Positions 45,202 through 57,693 of a stretch of DNA of 64,000 bases are shown in pieces. Both the position numbers and the translations under genes were made by a program. The notes beneath the pieces are model-generated. The model was not told where the DNA came from and made no database searches. It saw only the letters and a list, made by a program, of their open reading frames with translations. Numbering within the stretch: the stretch's first letter is position 1; each line of letters starts with the position of its first letter. Source of the stretch: Escherichia phage EcNP1; the sequence record NC_054910.1, one strand, 5' to 3'.

Positions 45202-45693
45202 ATGTTTGTAGATGATGTAACACGAGCGTTTGAATCTGGTGATTTTGCTCGACCTAACTTATTCCAAGTAGAAATTTCTTATCTTGGACAAAATTTTACG
45301 TTTCAATGTAAAGCCACTGCTTTACCAGCTGGTATTGTAGAAAAAATTCCAGTCGGATTTATGAACCGTAAAATTAACGTAGCAGGCGATCGTACATTCG
45401 ATGACTGGACTATTACAGTAATGAATGATGAGGCGCATGATGCACGCCAGAAGTTTGTTGACTGGCAAAGCATTGCTGCTGGGCAAGGAAACGAAATTAC
45501 TGGTGGAAAACCAGCAGAGTATAAAAAGAGTGCTATTGTACGCCAATATGCTCGTGACGCTAAAACTGTAACAAAAGAAGTCGAAATTAAAGGCCTGTGG
45601 CCTACTAACGTGGGTGAACTTCAGTTAGATTGGGATTCAAACAATGAAATCCAAACCTTTGAAGTAACTCTCGCTCTCGATTATTGGGAATAA
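45202..45693 (+). CDS. 19: tail tube protein gp19
   Basis: 163 aa. Confidence 0.95.
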   Translation: MFVDDVTRAFESGDFARPNLFQVEISYLGQNFTFQCKATALPAGIVEKIPVGFMNRKINVAGDRTFDDWTITVMNDEAHDARQKFVDWQSIAAGQGNEITGGKPAEYKKSAIVRQYARDAKTVTKEVEIKGLWPTNVGELQLDWDSNNEIQTFEVTLALDYWE

Positions 45694-45700
45694 AATGAAT

Positions 45701-45714
45701 GGGGAGAAATCCCC
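45701..45714 (+). terminator. GGGGA-GAAA-UCCCC hairpin
   Basis: GNRA hairpin immediately after the gp19 stop. Confidence 0.4.
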
Positions 45715-45725
45715 ATCCTGCTTAA

Positions 45726-47350
<1,625 letters not shown>

Positions 47351-47351
<1 letters not shown>

Positions 47352-47584
47352 TGGAAGGTTTAATTGAAGCTATTAAATCAAACGACCTCGTAGCCGCTCG
47401 TAAATTATTTGCTGAAGCCATGGCTGCAAGAACGATTGATTTAATTAAAGAAGAAAAAATCGCTATCGCTCGTAATTTCTTAATCGAAGGTGAAGAACCT
47501 GAAGACGAGGATGATGACGAAGATGGTGATGATAAAGACGACAAAAAAGACAAAGACTCTGACGAAGACGAGGATGATGAATAA
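47351..47584 (+). CDS. 67: prohead core protein gp67
   Basis: 77 aa with acidic D/E tail. Confidence 0.85.
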
Positions 47585-48009
47585 TGCTTCTAATCCCTGA
47601 AACTCATGAATTAGTTCTCGAGAATGTCGAAGCACTTATTCCTGAAGCACAGGGTCGCTTTGACGAATTGTCTTCTGCTTTAAATAAAGACGATATAAAT
47701 ACAATTGTCGAGAATATGCTTGATGATGAAACTGATTTAGCAGTTGCATTAGCTTCTATTAATGAAAACATGCCGTTAAATGAATTCATTGTTAAGCACG
47801 TTTCAGCTCGTGGTGAAATTACACGTACTAAAGATCGCAAAACACGCGAACGCAATGCATTTCAAACCACTGGGCTGTCTAAAGCAAAACGTAGACAAAT
47901 TGCTCGCAAAGCTACCAAAACGAAGATTGCCAATCCAGCAGGTCAATCTCGTGCTCAGCGTAAGCGTAAAAAAGCTCTTAAACGCCGTAAAGCATTAGGA
48001 TTAAGCTAA
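47584..48009 (+). CDS. 68: prohead core protein gp68
   Basis: 141 aa. Confidence 0.85.
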
Positions 48010-48647
48010 TGAATGAACCCCAATTACTAATTGAAACTTGGGGTCAACCTGGCGAAATTATTGATGGCGTGCCAATGCTCGAATCCCACGATGGAAAAGA
48101 CTTAGGTTTAAAACCGGGTTTATACATCGAAGGAATATTCATGCAAGCAGAAGTCGTCAATAGAAATAAACGTCTTTATCCAAAACGCATATTAGAAAAA
48201 GCGGTAAAAGACTATATTAATGAGCAAGTTTTAACTAAACAAGCTCTCGGAGAATTAAATCATCCTCCACGCGCTAATGTTGACCCGATGCAAGCCGCTA
48301 TCATTATAGAAGATATGTGGTGGAAAGGAAATGACGTATACGGACGAGCTCGTGTTATTGAAGGTGACCACGGTCCTGGAGATAAATTAGCAGCTAATAT
48401 TCGTGCCGGATGGATTCCAGGAGTTTCTTCTCGTGGATTAGGTTCATTGACTGACACAAATAAAGGTTATCGTATCGTAAACGAAGGATTCAAATTAACT
48501 GTAGGTGTTGATGCAGTATGGGGTCCAAGTGCTCCAGATGCATGGGTAACTCCTAAGGAAATTACCGAATCACAGACGGCGGAAGCCGATACAAGTGCCG
48601 ATGACGCCTATATGGCTCTCGCAGAGGCCATGAAAAAAGCGTTATAA
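48009..48647 (+). CDS. 21: prohead core scaffold protease gp21
   Basis: 212 aa. Confidence 0.9.
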   Translation: MNEPQLLIETWGQPGEIIDGVPMLESHDGKDLGLKPGLYIEGIFMQAEVVNRNKRLYPKRILEKAVKDYINEQVLTKQALGELNHPPRANVDPMQAAIIIEDMWWKGNDVYGRARVIEGDHGPGDKLAANIRAGWIPGVSSRGLGSLTDTNKGYRIVNEGFKLTVGVDAVWGPSAPDAWVTPKEITESQTAEADTSADDAYMALAEAMKKAL

Positions 48648-48650
48648 ATA
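48643..48650 (+). promoter_or_regulatory. late promoter TATAAATA (gene 22)
   Basis: TATAAATA overlapping the gp21 stop. Confidence 0.55.
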
Positions 48651-48677
48651 TTATTATCTAAACAACAGGACTACAAA

Positions 48678-49487
48678 ATGCTTAAAGAACAACTGATTGC
48701 TGAAGCGCAAAAAATTGATGCTTCCGTTGCTCTTGATAGTATTTTCGAATCAGTTAATATTTCTCCGGAAGCAAAAGAAACTTTCGGCACTGTATTCGAA
48801 GCTACCGTCAAGCAGCACGCCGTTAAATTAGCTGAATCTCATATCGCTAAAATTGCTGAAAAAGCAGAAGAAGAAGTAGAAAAAAATAAAGAAGAAGCCG
48901 AAGAAAAAGCTGAGAAGAAAATCGCTGAGCAAGCTTCTAAATTCATCGACCATCTTGCGAAAGAATGGCTCGCTGAAAATAAATTAGCAGTTGATAAAGG
49001 CATCAAAGCCGAACTGTTTGAATCCATGCTTGGTGGATTAAAAGAGCTCTTTGTTGAACACAACGTTGTTGTTCCAGAAGAATCAGTTGATGTTGTGGCT
49101 GAAATGGAAGAAGAGCTGCAAGAACATAAAGAAGAATCAGCTCGTCTGTTCGAAGAACTCAATAAGCGTGACGCATATATCAATTATGTGCAGCGTGAAG
49201 TGGCATTGAGCGAAAGTACTAAAGATCTGACTGAGTCTCAAAAAGAAAAAGTCTCTGCTCTGGTCGAAGGTATGGATTATTCAGATGAATTCTCAAATAA
49301 ATTGAGTGCCATCGTAGAAATGGTGAAGAAGTCTAATAAAGATGAAAGCACTATTACTGAGGGTATAAATACTCCTGATACTGAAGCAGCCGGACTGAAT
49401 TTCGTCACTGAAGCTGTAGAAGATAAAGCTGCACCTGGTGCAGAAGATATTGTAAGTGTATATGCGAAAGTCGCATCTCGTTTCTAA
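48678..49487 (+). CDS. 22: prohead core scaffold protein gp22
   Basis: 269 aa, E/K-rich helices. Confidence 0.9.
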   Translation: MLKEQLIAEAQKIDASVALDSIFESVNISPEAKETFGTVFEATVKQHAVKLAESHIAKIAEKAEEEVEKNKEEAEEKAEKKIAEQASKFIDHLAKEWLAENKLAVDKGIKAELFESMLGGLKELFVEHNVVVPEESVDVVAEMEEELQEHKEESARLFEELNKRDAYINYVQREVALSESTKDLTESQKEKVSALVEGMDYSDEFSNKLSAIVEMVKKSNKDESTITEGINTPDTEAAGLNFVTEAVEDKAAPGAEDIVSVYAKVASRF

Positions 49488-49505
49488 TTTTAAAGGTTAA
49501 CACAA

Positions 49506-51071
49506 ATGACTATCAAAACTAAAGCTGAACTTTTGAACAAATGGAAGCCATTACTGGAAGGTGAAGGTTTACCGGAAATTGCTAATAGCAAACAAGCGAT
49601 TATCGCTAAAATCTTTGAAAACCAGGAAAAAGATTTCCAGACAGCTCCAGAGTACAAAGACGAAAAAATCGCCCAGGCGTTCGGTTCTTTCTTAACAGAA
49701 GCTGAAATCGGTGGTGACCATGGTTACAATGCTACTAACATCGCTGCTGGTCAGACTTCTGGCGCAGTAACTCAGATTGGCCCAGCTGTTATGGGTATGG
49801 TACGTCGTGCTATTCCTAACCTGATTGCTTTCGATATTTGCGGCGTTCAGCCGATGAACAGCCCGACTGGTCAGGTATTCGCACTGCGCGCAGTATATGG
49901 TAAAGACCCAATCGCTGCCGGTGCTAAAGAAGCATTCCACCCAATGTATGGTCCAGATGCAATGTTCTCTGGTCAGGGTGCTGCTAAGAAATTCGCTGCT
50001 TTGAAAGCAAGTGATACTCTTGAAGTTGGAACTATTTACACCCACTTCTTCCAGGACACTGGTACTGTGTATCTGCAAGCTACAGAAGCTAAACAAATTG
50101 ATTCCACTGCATCTGACGCAGCTAAATTAGATGCTGAAATTAAGAAACAAATGGAAGCTGGCGTACTGGTAGAAATCGCTGAAGGTATGGCTACTTCTAT
50201 CGCTGAACTTCAGGAAAGTTTCAATGGTTCTACCGATAATCCATGGAATGAAATGGGCTTCCGTATCGATAAACAAGTTATCGAAGCTAAATCTCGTCAG
50301 CTGAAAGCTGCTTACTCTATCGAATTAGCACAAGACCTCCGCGCTGTTCACGGTATGGATGCTGATGCTGAACTGTCTGGTATTCTGGCTACCGAAATCA
50401 TGCTGGAAATCAACCGTGAAGTTGTTGATTGGATTAACTACTCAGCTCAGGTTGGTAAATCTGGTATGACCCTGACTCCGGGTTCTAAAGCTGGTGTATT
50501 TGACTTCCAGGATCCAATTGATATTCGTGGTGCTCGCTGGGCGGGTGAATCCTTTAAAGCTCTGTTGTTCCAGATTGACAAAGAAGCAGTTGAAATTGCT
50601 CGTCAGACCGGTCGTGGTGAAGGTAACTTCATTATCGCTTCCCGTAACGTAGTTAACGTTCTGGCTTCAGTTGATACTGGCATTTCTTATGCTGCACAGG
50701 GTCTGGCTACCGGCTTTAACACTGATACTACCAAGTCAGTATTTGCGGGTGTTCTGGGTGGTAAATACCGTGTATATATCGACCAGTATGCTAAACAGGA
50801 TTATTTCACTGTAGGTTATAAAGGTCCGAACGAAATGGATGCTGGTATTTACTATGCTCCATATGTAGCTCTGACTCCGCTGCGTGGTTCCGATCCGAAG
50901 AACTTCCAACCAGTAATGGGATTCAAAACTCGTTACGGTATCGGTATCAACCCATTTGCAGAATCCGCTGCTCAGGCTCCGGCTTCTCGCATCCAGAGCG
51001 GTATGCCTTCTATTCTGAATAGCCTTGGTAAAAACGCTTACTTCCGCCGTGTATATGTTAAAGGTATCTAA
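49506..51071 (+). CDS. 23: major capsid protein gp23
   Basis: 521 aa, near-identical to T4 gp23 as recalled except a variable segment around residues 150-200. Confidence 0.97.
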   Translation: MTIKTKAELLNKWKPLLEGEGLPEIANSKQAIIAKIFENQEKDFQTAPEYKDEKIAQAFGSFLTEAEIGGDHGYNATNIAAGQTSGAVTQIGPAVMGMVRRAIPNLIAFDICGVQPMNSPTGQVFALRAVYGKDPIAAGAKEAFHPMYGPDAMFSGQGAAKKFAALKASDTLEVGTIYTHFFQDTGTVYLQATEAKQIDSTASDAAKLDAEIKKQMEAGVLVEIAEGMATSIAELQESFNGSTDNPWNEMGFRIDKQVIEAKSRQLKAAYSIELAQDLRAVHGMDADAELSGILATEIMLEINREVVDWINYSAQVGKSGMTLTPGSKAGVFDFQDPIDIRGARWAGESFKALLFQIDKEAVEIARQTGRGEGNFIIASRNVVNVLASVDTGISYAAQGLATGFNTDTTKSVFAGVLGGKYRVYIDQYAKQDYFTVGYKGPNEMDAGIYYAPYVALTPLRGSDPKNFQPVMGFKTRYGIGINPFAESAAQAPASRIQSGMPSILNSLGKNAYFRRVYVKGI

Positions 51072-51086
51072 TCTTTGACGATTTAA

Positions 51087-51115
51087 GGGACCTTCGGGTC
51101 CCTTTAGTTGTTTTT
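51087..51115 (+). terminator. rho-independent terminator after gene 23
   Basis: GGGACC-UUCG-GGUCCC hairpin followed by U-rich tract. Confidence 0.7.
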
Positions 51116-51119
51116 ATGG

Positions 51120-51127
51120 TATAAATA
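51120..51127 (+). promoter_or_regulatory. late promoter TATAAATA (gene 24)
   Basis: TATAAATA 28 nt upstream of the gp24 ATG. Confidence 0.55.
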
Positions 51128-51154
51128 AATCATATAAACTAAAAGGAAAGCGCA

Positions 51155-52438
51155 ATGGCTAAAATCAACGAACTTCTGCGCGAATCAACCACAACGAATA
51201 GCAACTCAATCGGTCGCCCAAATCTCGTTGCTTTGACTCGCGCTACCACTAAATTAATATATTCTGACATTGTAGCAACGCAAAGAACTAATCAACCTGT
51301 TGCTGCTTTTTATGGTATCAAATACCTTAACCCAGATAACGAATTTACATTTAAAACTGGTGCTACTTACGCTGGCGAAGCTGGATACGTAGACCGAGAA
51401 CAAATCACAGAATTAACAGAAGAGTCTAAATTAACTCTCAATAAAGGCGATTTATTCAAATATAATAATATCGTTTATAAAGTATTAGAAGATACACCAT
51501 TTGCTACCATTGAAGAAAGCGATTTAGAATTAGCTCTTCAGATTGCAATTGTTCTTTTAAAGGTTCGTCTATTTTCTGATGCTGCGGTAACAAGCAAATT
51601 TGAAAGCTCTGATAGCGAAATTGCGGATGCTAGATTCCAGATTAATAAATGGCAAACCGCAGTTAAATCTCGTAAACTTAAAACTGGCATTACAGTTGAA
51701 TTAGCACAAGATTTAGAAGCAAATGGATTCGATGCTCCTAATTTCTTGGAAGATTTGCTTGCAACTGAAATGGCGGATGAAATCAATAAAGATATTCTAC
51801 AGTCTTTGATTACAGTATCAAAACGCTATAAAGTTACAGGAATTACTGATACCGGATTCATTGATTTGAGTTATGCATCTGCACCTGAAGCTGGTCGTTC
51901 ATTATACCGAATGGTATGTGAAATGGTTTCGCATATCCAAAAAGAATCAACTTATACTGCAACGTTCTGTGTTGCTTCAGCTCGTGCCGCTGCGATTCTT
52001 GCTGCATCAGGTTGGTTAAAACATAAACCAGAAGATGACAAATATCTTTCACAAAATGCCTACGGATTCTTAGCTAATGGTTTACCGCTTTATTGCGATA
52101 CTAACAGCCCATTAGATTATGTAATCGTTGGTGTAGTAGAAAATATCGGTGAAAAAGAAATTGTCGGATCAATTTTCTATGCTCCGTATACAGAAGGTCT
52201 TGACTTAGATGACCCTGAACATGTAGGTGCATTTAAAGTTGTAGTTGATCCAGAAAGCTTACAACCATCTATTGGTTTATTGGTTAGATATGCTTTATCT
52301 GCAAATCCTTACACTGTAGCAAAAGATGAAAAAGAAGCAAGAATAATTGATGGTGGAGACATGGATAAAATGGCGGGTCGTTCAGATTTGTCTGTTTTAT
52401 TAGGTGTTAAGCTACCAAAAATTATCGTTGATGAATAA
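51155..52438 (+). CDS. 24: capsid vertex protein gp24
   Basis: 427 aa. Confidence 0.95.
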   Translation: MAKINELLRESTTTNSNSIGRPNLVALTRATTKLIYSDIVATQRTNQPVAAFYGIKYLNPDNEFTFKTGATYAGEAGYVDREQITELTEESKLTLNKGDLFKYNNIVYKVLEDTPFATIEESDLELALQIAIVLLKVRLFSDAAVTSKFESSDSEIADARFQINKWQTAVKSRKLKTGITVELAQDLEANGFDAPNFLEDLLATEMADEINKDILQSLITVSKRYKVTGITDTGFIDLSYASAPEAGRSLYRMVCEMVSHIQKESTYTATFCVASARAAAILAASGWLKHKPEDDKYLSQNAYGFLANGLPLYCDTNSPLDYVIVGVVENIGEKEIVGSIFYAPYTEGLDLDDPEHVGAFKVVVDPESLQPSIGLLVRYALSANPYTVAKDEKEARIIDGGDMDKMAGRSDLSVLLGVKLPKIIVDE

Positions 52439-52444
52439 AACAAA

Positions 52445-52465
52445 GGGACCTTTCGGTCCCTTTTT
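52445..52465. terminator. bidirectional terminator between gene 24 and rnlB
   Basis: GGGACC-UUUC-GGUCCC hairpin flanked by A-run and U-run between convergent genes. Confidence 0.65.
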
Positions 52466-52467
52466 AT

Positions 52468-53472
52468 TTAACTTACCAATTCAATCCAAGCCGGACGAAG
52501 TACATCTTGTACCATTTTAACTAATTCCTTCTTAATCAAAGAAGGATTATCCGCTTGAGTTAAAGTAATACCTTCACGAGAAGTTTCTTCCAAAATATCT
52601 TGAACAGTTAGTCCCATCACCTTTCCAAAATCTTTTGGACCAATTTCGCCAATTTTAGAAATAACGTTATTTACCCGGTTCAGTGTAACGTAGCAAGCTA
52701 AAATCCCCAGCAATTTATTATCAGCTTCTGACAGCTCAACTTTAGCTTTAATAGGCTTATCAGACTTTTTCTTTTCACTAAATTTAGAGTTCTTGCATTT
52801 AATAGCTACACGATTTCCGTTAGGCATCCAAGAAGGATAACAAGGTTTCAATACATAACCTTCAGCGGTAAATACTTCACCTTTTGCTTCGGCATTCCAA
52901 ACGCATTTATTTGCATCAACTAATCCAGCGTGATCTACCGTAAAATTATAATCCTGGACGACAGAATCTAAATCATTTGGCAATTTAATAAGTTCTTCAA
53001 ATTTACCACGACCCAAAAGTGGAGCCATTTTAAATTTAAATGTATTACAGAATGATTCCATCATATAATCATCGACATAAGTCACATCACCACTTTCGGT
53101 AGTAACAATAATGTCAAATACATAAAAATCTTTATCGCCATAATCGACATTCTTCTGAATGCCAGGTCCAGCGAATTCGCCGAAGACTTGATAAGATACA
53201 ATTGCCGAAGTTTCCATAATATCTTGTACTGCTTTAATGGAATCAGCGTAATTCTTTAGAATAATTTCATACCCAAAGAAATCTTCAGCAGGAAGAATCG
53301 GTCCAGTACGTTTAGCACAAGTTGCTTTATCGCGTTCAATAATCAGTGAGAAATTTGTGCCATGAATCTTTTCACGAGCTACCCATTCGCCGCCAGTCAA
53401 TCCTAAACTGTAAAGTTTTTCAATGAATTTAGAATTGTAATGATTTTCAAGACTGCTATACTTTTTAAACAT
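52468..53472 (-). CDS. rnlB: RNA ligase 2
   Basis: 334 aa, near-identical to T4 Rnl2 as recalled, KIHG ligase motif. Confidence 0.95.
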   Translation of the reverse strand: MFKKYSSLENHYNSKFIEKLYSLGLTGGEWVAREKIHGTNFSLIIERDKATCAKRTGPILPAEDFFGYEIILKNYADSIKAVQDIMETSAIVSYQVFGEFAGPGIQKNVDYGDKDFYVFDIIVTTESGDVTYVDDYMMESFCNTFKFKMAPLLGRGKFEELIKLPNDLDSVVQDYNFTVDHAGLVDANKCVWNAEAKGEVFTAEGYVLKPCYPSWMPNGNRVAIKCKNSKFSEKKKSDKPIKAKVELSEADNKLLGILACYVTLNRVNNVISKIGEIGPKDFGKVMGLTVQDILEETSREGITLTQADNPSLIKKELVKMVQDVLRPAWIELVS

Positions 53473-53481
53473 AATTAATCC

Positions 53482-53760
53482 TCAAAATGTAATTTCTAAC
53501 CAATCACCATCACGCTGATCACTATTGACTTTAAAGCTAAATCCTTCTTTTCTCAGCCAATCACCAATTTCTTCAGTAATCAATTTATCACGAGCAGTGC
53601 AATAATAACTAAAATATGTTTTACCTTGTTCAGCTGCTTTATTAGCAAGTTCCGAAAAATCTTTAATAAAACACTCTAGTTTAAACTGTTTACTTTTAAG
53701 TGCTTTTTCACGTAATTGATTAGCAAAAGATTCATTTTCATAAAGATCATACTGTTCCAT
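53482..53760 (-). CDS. hypothetical protein (T4 24.2 position)
   Basis: 92-aa ORF. Confidence 0.55.
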   Translation of the reverse strand: MEQYDLYENESFANQLREKALKSKQFKLECFIKDFSELANKAAEQGKTYFSYYCTARDKLITEEIGDWLRKEGFSFKVNSDQRDGDWLEITF

Positions 53761-53962
53761 TTTTCACCTTTTTATTAATATGTCTTTTTCTATAGACAAC
53801 TTTTTCTCGAGTCTCAAATTTATTCTTAGCAGTCATAGCTCGAGCCCATAATACAGCCACTTCTTTTGCCTGTAAGTTCAATTCACGAGCAATTTCAATG
53901 AATGACTTTCCAGACTCATGGAGTGTAAACACCACAACCTCAGTTCTCATAATCAATCTCAT
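53747..53962 (-). CDS. hypothetical basic protein (T4 24.3 position)
   Basis: 71-aa ORF. Confidence 0.5.
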   Translation of the reverse strand: MRLIMRTEVVVFTLHESGKSFIEIARELNLQAKEVAVLWARAMTAKNKFETREKVVYRKRHINKKVKNGTV

Positions 53963-54031
53963 GTTATCGAGTTGGTGCCATTATATACATCGTTTTCTGA
54001 TTGTGTTTTGTGTGCTTTCAAAATGAAGAAA

Positions 54032-54045
54032 GGGGCCGAAGCCCC
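54032..54045 (-). terminator. GGGGC-UUCG-GCCCC hairpin after hoc
   Basis: same element as at 13215..13228, followed by UUUC on the minus strand. Confidence 0.5.
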
Positions 54046-54051
54046 TTATGA

Positions 54052-55185
54052 TTATGGATAGGTATAGATGATACCAGTTTCTAAAGCAGTTTTATGAATG
54101 ATGTATCCATTGCGCGATTCTTGAACATCAACTTCTGGATAGTCTTTCATCATCTTCTGAAGGGTGTAACGATGCAAGTAGTACTTACTATCTGGGTCGT
54201 CAGTTTTCCAATCTTTACCTTCTTCAGTCATTTTTTGGATTTCATCCATAACCCACCAACCGCACCAGATATAAGCTGAAGTACGATGTGGAAGAGGATG
54301 AACATAAGGCAATTCACCTTCTGGTTCCGGAGCAACTTTATCAGTTACCTGAACTTGACCTGTTGTTTTAACTGTTTTGCTATCATAGTCAGTTGCTGTA
54401 ACGACAGCAGTAACTTCAATAGTTTGACTTCCAACAGATGAGGTATCGATAGTATATACGTTAGTTGACCCTTCTACAGGAGAAGAATCTTTCTTCCACG
54501 AGTAAGTAATTTGTGCTGCGTCAGGTGCGCCAGTAACATTAGCAGTAAATGTAGCCGAAGCATCTTGCTGAACATTAATAGAAGGAGGAGTCAATGCAAT
54601 TTGTGGATTCATTGTCTTCTTATTAACTGTCAATGATACTTCATTAGAAGTAACTTCCTTTGCATCATCATAATCTGTCGCGGTTACTTGAGCTACACAC
54701 TTAATTTTTTTAACTCCGCTTGTAGTAGGAGTGTAATTGAATGTAGCACTAGTTGCTTCGCTCACAGGAGAACCATCTACATGCCACTGATACGTAGCAG
54801 ATGCACCTGATGGTTGAGAAGCTAAGGCAGCGGTAAATTCAACAGGAGTTCCAATTACTCCAGCTGAAGGACTATCAGGAGTTACAGCTAAGGTAGTTGT
54901 CTGTGTCTTATTTTGAACTGTGATAGTTGTAGTAGCTTCTGCTGTTTCAGCTTCAGAATCAGGAATAGTATTTGTTGCAACTACTTTAATAGTCTTTTGA
55001 CCGGCAGGTCCTTTTAATACATAATCAAAAGTTGCTGCTGATCCTTCTTGGGGAGCATCATCTACACTCCAAGCATAGGTAATAGTTCCACCTCCAGTTT
55101 CACCACTGGGTGTAGCAGTAAACTGCTGAGTCTGATCTATAACTCCAGTAGGTGTTTTAGGAGTTATATCAACTGTAAAAGCCAT
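54052..55185 (-). CDS. hoc: highly immunogenic outer capsid protein Hoc
   Basis: 377 aa, Ig-like repeats and conserved capsid-binding C-terminus; Ig domains diverge from T4. Confidence 0.9.
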   Translation of the reverse strand: MAFTVDITPKTPTGVIDQTQQFTATPSGETGGGTITYAWSVDDAPQEGSAATFDYVLKGPAGQKTIKVVATNTIPDSEAETAEATTTITVQNKTQTTTLAVTPDSPSAGVIGTPVEFTAALASQPSGASATYQWHVDGSPVSEATSATFNYTPTTSGVKKIKCVAQVTATDYDDAKEVTSNEVSLTVNKKTMNPQIALTPPSINVQQDASATFTANVTGAPDAAQITYSWKKDSSPVEGSTNVYTIDTSSVGSQTIEVTAVVTATDYDSKTVKTTGQVQVTDKVAPEPEGELPYVHPLPHRTSAYIWCGWWVMDEIQKMTEEGKDWKTDDPDSKYYLHRYTLQKMMKDYPEVDVQESRNGYIIHKTALETGIIYTYP

Positions 55186-55194
55186 AAGTTATCC

Positions 55195-55875
55195 TTATTT
55201 TAATGTTACGAAAGAAGAATTGCGTGTTTCACGAATTAAAACTGATCCGTCACGGTTAATGTAGTAAATTAAGCTAAATAAAGTTTGGTGTGCCGACGCG
55301 TGTTCAAAACTAGTTGGGTGAGATTTCCAATCCGGAGTTTCAGCGATCCATTGATAAATCCACCAAGGAACGGTACAAAATCCTGGATTTTTCCCAATCA
55401 GCTGAAGATTAGGACTAAAGTTTTCCGGAAGAGTAAATACAGACGGTTTTTCAGATTCAATAATCTCAGCTACAGCCTGTTCGAATTTTTCTTCAACAAA
55501 AGGAGTATCTTCAATCAAAACATCGATATTTTCAGGAATTTTATCCGTTTCTACCACTTCAATTTTAATGTCAGATTTAACCGGAGAATCAATCAGAAGT
55601 GCTGCCTCTGGATTGACCTCTTCATCGTCATATTTTAATCCCTCTGCAGCATCAGCAGCATTAATTAAGTCTTTAATAGATAACCCATCAGTCTCTGGCA
55701 TAGGTTCACTAGCGAGCTTCTGGAGGGCTTCTTCAATATCAATAACGATATTATCAAAAGATTTATTCTTTTTGACCTTTATACCAAACTGTTCAGCATA
55801 TTCAGCTAATTTAGCCTTAGCTTCTTTATTATCATCAAGAGCCTTCAGCTCTGCAATATAATCTTTATCTATCAT
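55195..55875 (-). CDS. inh: prohead protease inhibitor Inh
   Basis: 226 aa. Confidence 0.8.
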   Translation of the reverse strand: MIDKDYIAELKALDDNKEAKAKLAEYAEQFGIKVKKNKSFDNIVIDIEEALQKLASEPMPETDGLSIKDLINAADAAEGLKYDDEEVNPEAALLIDSPVKSDIKIEVVETDKIPENIDVLIEDTPFVEEKFEQAVAEIIESEKPSVFTLPENFSPNLQLIGKNPGFCTVPWWIYQWIAETPDWKSHPTSFEHASAHQTLFSLIYYINRDGSVLIRETRNSSFVTLK

Positions 55876-55888
55876 AATATTTCCTCAG

Positions 55889-55896
55889 TATAAATA
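55889..55896 (+). promoter_or_regulatory. late promoter TATAAATA (uvsW)
   Basis: TATAAATA 30 nt upstream of the uvsW ATG. Confidence 0.55.
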
Positions 55897-55925
55897 TAGA
55901 TATATTTATTACATGGTATTTAGAC

Positions 55926-57437
55926 ATGACTGACATTAAAGTACATTTTTATGATTTTAGTCACGTGAGAATTGATTGTGAAGAAAGTACGTTTCATGAA
56001 CTCCGTGATTTCTTTAGCTTTGAAGCTGAAGGGTATCGTTTTAATCCAAAATACAAATATGGTCACTGGGATGGACGAATCCGTCTTTTAGATTATAATC
56101 GTCTTCTTCCATTCGGCTTAGTCGGGCAAATTAAAAAGTTCTGTGATAACTTTGGCTATAAAGCCTGGATTGACCCACAAATTAACGAAAAAGAAGAATT
56201 ATCAAGAAAAGATTTCGATGAATGGCTTTCTAAGTTAGAAATCTATTCAGGAAATAAAAGAATTGAACCGCATTGGTATCAAAAAGATGCAGTGTTCGAA
56301 GGATTAGTTAATCGTCGTAGAATTCTTAATCTTCCAACATCCGCAGGTAAATCTTTAATTCAAGCTTTACTCGCTCGGTATTATTTGGAAAATTATGAAG
56401 GTAAAATTCTTATCATTGTTCCAACAACTGCTCTGACAACTCAGATGGCTGATGACTTTGTTGACTATCGTTTATTCAGTCATGCAATGATAAAGAAAAT
56501 CGGTGGTGGAGCATCAAAAGATGATAAATATAAAAATGATGCACCGGTCGTTGTTGGTACATGGCAAACTGTAGTAAAACAGCCAAAAGAATGGTTCTCA
56601 CAGTTTGGAATGATGATGAATGATGAATGCCATCTTGCCACAGGAAAAAGTATTTCATCTATCATATCAGGTTTAAATAACTGCATGTTCAAATTTGGTC
56701 TATCAGGTTCATTGCGTGATGGCAAAGCTAATATCATGCAGTATGTTGGAATGTTTGGTGAAATATTTAAACCAGTAACGACTTCTAAATTAATGGAAGA
56801 TGGACAAGTAACTGAGTTAAAAATTAATAGTATTTTTCTTCGCTATCCTGATGAGTTCACTACTAAATTAAAGGGAAAAACTTACCAAGAAGAAATAAAA
56901 ATTATTACTGGGCTCAGTAAAAGAAATAAATGGATCGCTAAATTAGCTATTAAACTTGCACAAAAAGATGAAAACGCTTTTGTCATGTTTAAGCATGTAT
57001 CACATGGTAAAGCTATTTTCGATTTAATTAAAAATGAATACGATAAAGTTTATTACGTATCAGGAGAAGTTGATACCGAAACACGCAACGTAATGAAAAC
57101 CCTAGCTGAAAACGGTAAAGGAATAATTATAGTAGCTAGTTATGGTGTATTTTCTACTGGTATTTCAGTTAAAAATCTGCATCACGTTGTTTTAGCACAC
57201 GGTGTTAAATCTAAAATTATTGTATTGCAAACAATAGGTCGCGTATTACGTAAGCATGGTTCTAAAACAATCGCAACGGTCTGGGACCTCATTGATGATT
57301 GCGGTGTTAAGCCAAAATCTGCTAATACGAAAAAGAAATACGTTCATTTGAACTATCTTTTAAAACACGGCATTGATCGTATTCAGCGCTACGCAGATGA
57401 AAAATTTAATTACGTAATGAAAACAGTTAATTTATAA
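55926..57437 (+). CDS. uvsW: UvsW SF2 helicase
   Basis: 503 aa, Walker A PTSAGKS and DECH box. Confidence 0.95.
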   Translation: MTDIKVHFYDFSHVRIDCEESTFHELRDFFSFEAEGYRFNPKYKYGHWDGRIRLLDYNRLLPFGLVGQIKKFCDNFGYKAWIDPQINEKEELSRKDFDEWLSKLEIYSGNKRIEPHWYQKDAVFEGLVNRRRILNLPTSAGKSLIQALLARYYLENYEGKILIIVPTTALTTQMADDFVDYRLFSHAMIKKIGGGASKDDKYKNDAPVVVGTWQTVVKQPKEWFSQFGMMMNDECHLATGKSISSIISGLNNCMFKFGLSGSLRDGKANIMQYVGMFGEIFKPVTTSKLMEDGQVTELKINSIFLRYPDEFTTKLKGKTYQEEIKIITGLSKRNKWIAKLAIKLAQKDENAFVMFKHVSHGKAIFDLIKNEYDKVYYVSGEVDTETRNVMKTLAENGKGIIIVASYGVFSTGISVKNLHHVVLAHGVKSKIIVLQTIGRVLRKHGSKTIATVWDLIDDCGVKPKSANTKKKYVHLNYLLKHGIDRIQRYADEKFNYVMKTVNL

Positions 57438-57450
57438 GGGCTTCGGCCCT

Positions 57451-57693
57451 TTGGAGAAAAAGATGTTACTAGAATTTAAACAATTTCTTTATGAAGCTTC
57501 TATTGATGAATTTATGGGTAAAATTGCCTCTTGCCAAACATTAGAAGGTCTAGAAGAACTTGAAGCTTATTATAAGAAAAGAGTTAAAGAAACTGAATTA
57601 AAAGATACTGATGACATCTCTGTGAGAGATGCTTTGGCAGGAAAAAGAGCTGAATTAGAAGATTCAGACGATGAAGTAGAAGAAAGCTTTTAA
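57451..57693 (+). CDS. UvsW.1 small acidic protein
   Basis: 80 aa following uvsW after a GGGC-UUCG-GCCC hairpin. Confidence 0.7.
   Translation: MEKKMLLEFKQFLYEASIDEFMGKIASCQTLEGLEELEAYYKKRVKETELKDTDDISVRDALAGKRAELEDSDDEVEESF

Noticed and set aside
47500-47584. Run of Asp/Glu codons (GAT/GAC/GAA repeats) resembling a simple repeat
   Set aside because: It is the acidic C-terminal tail of the prohead core protein gp67, in frame and coding.
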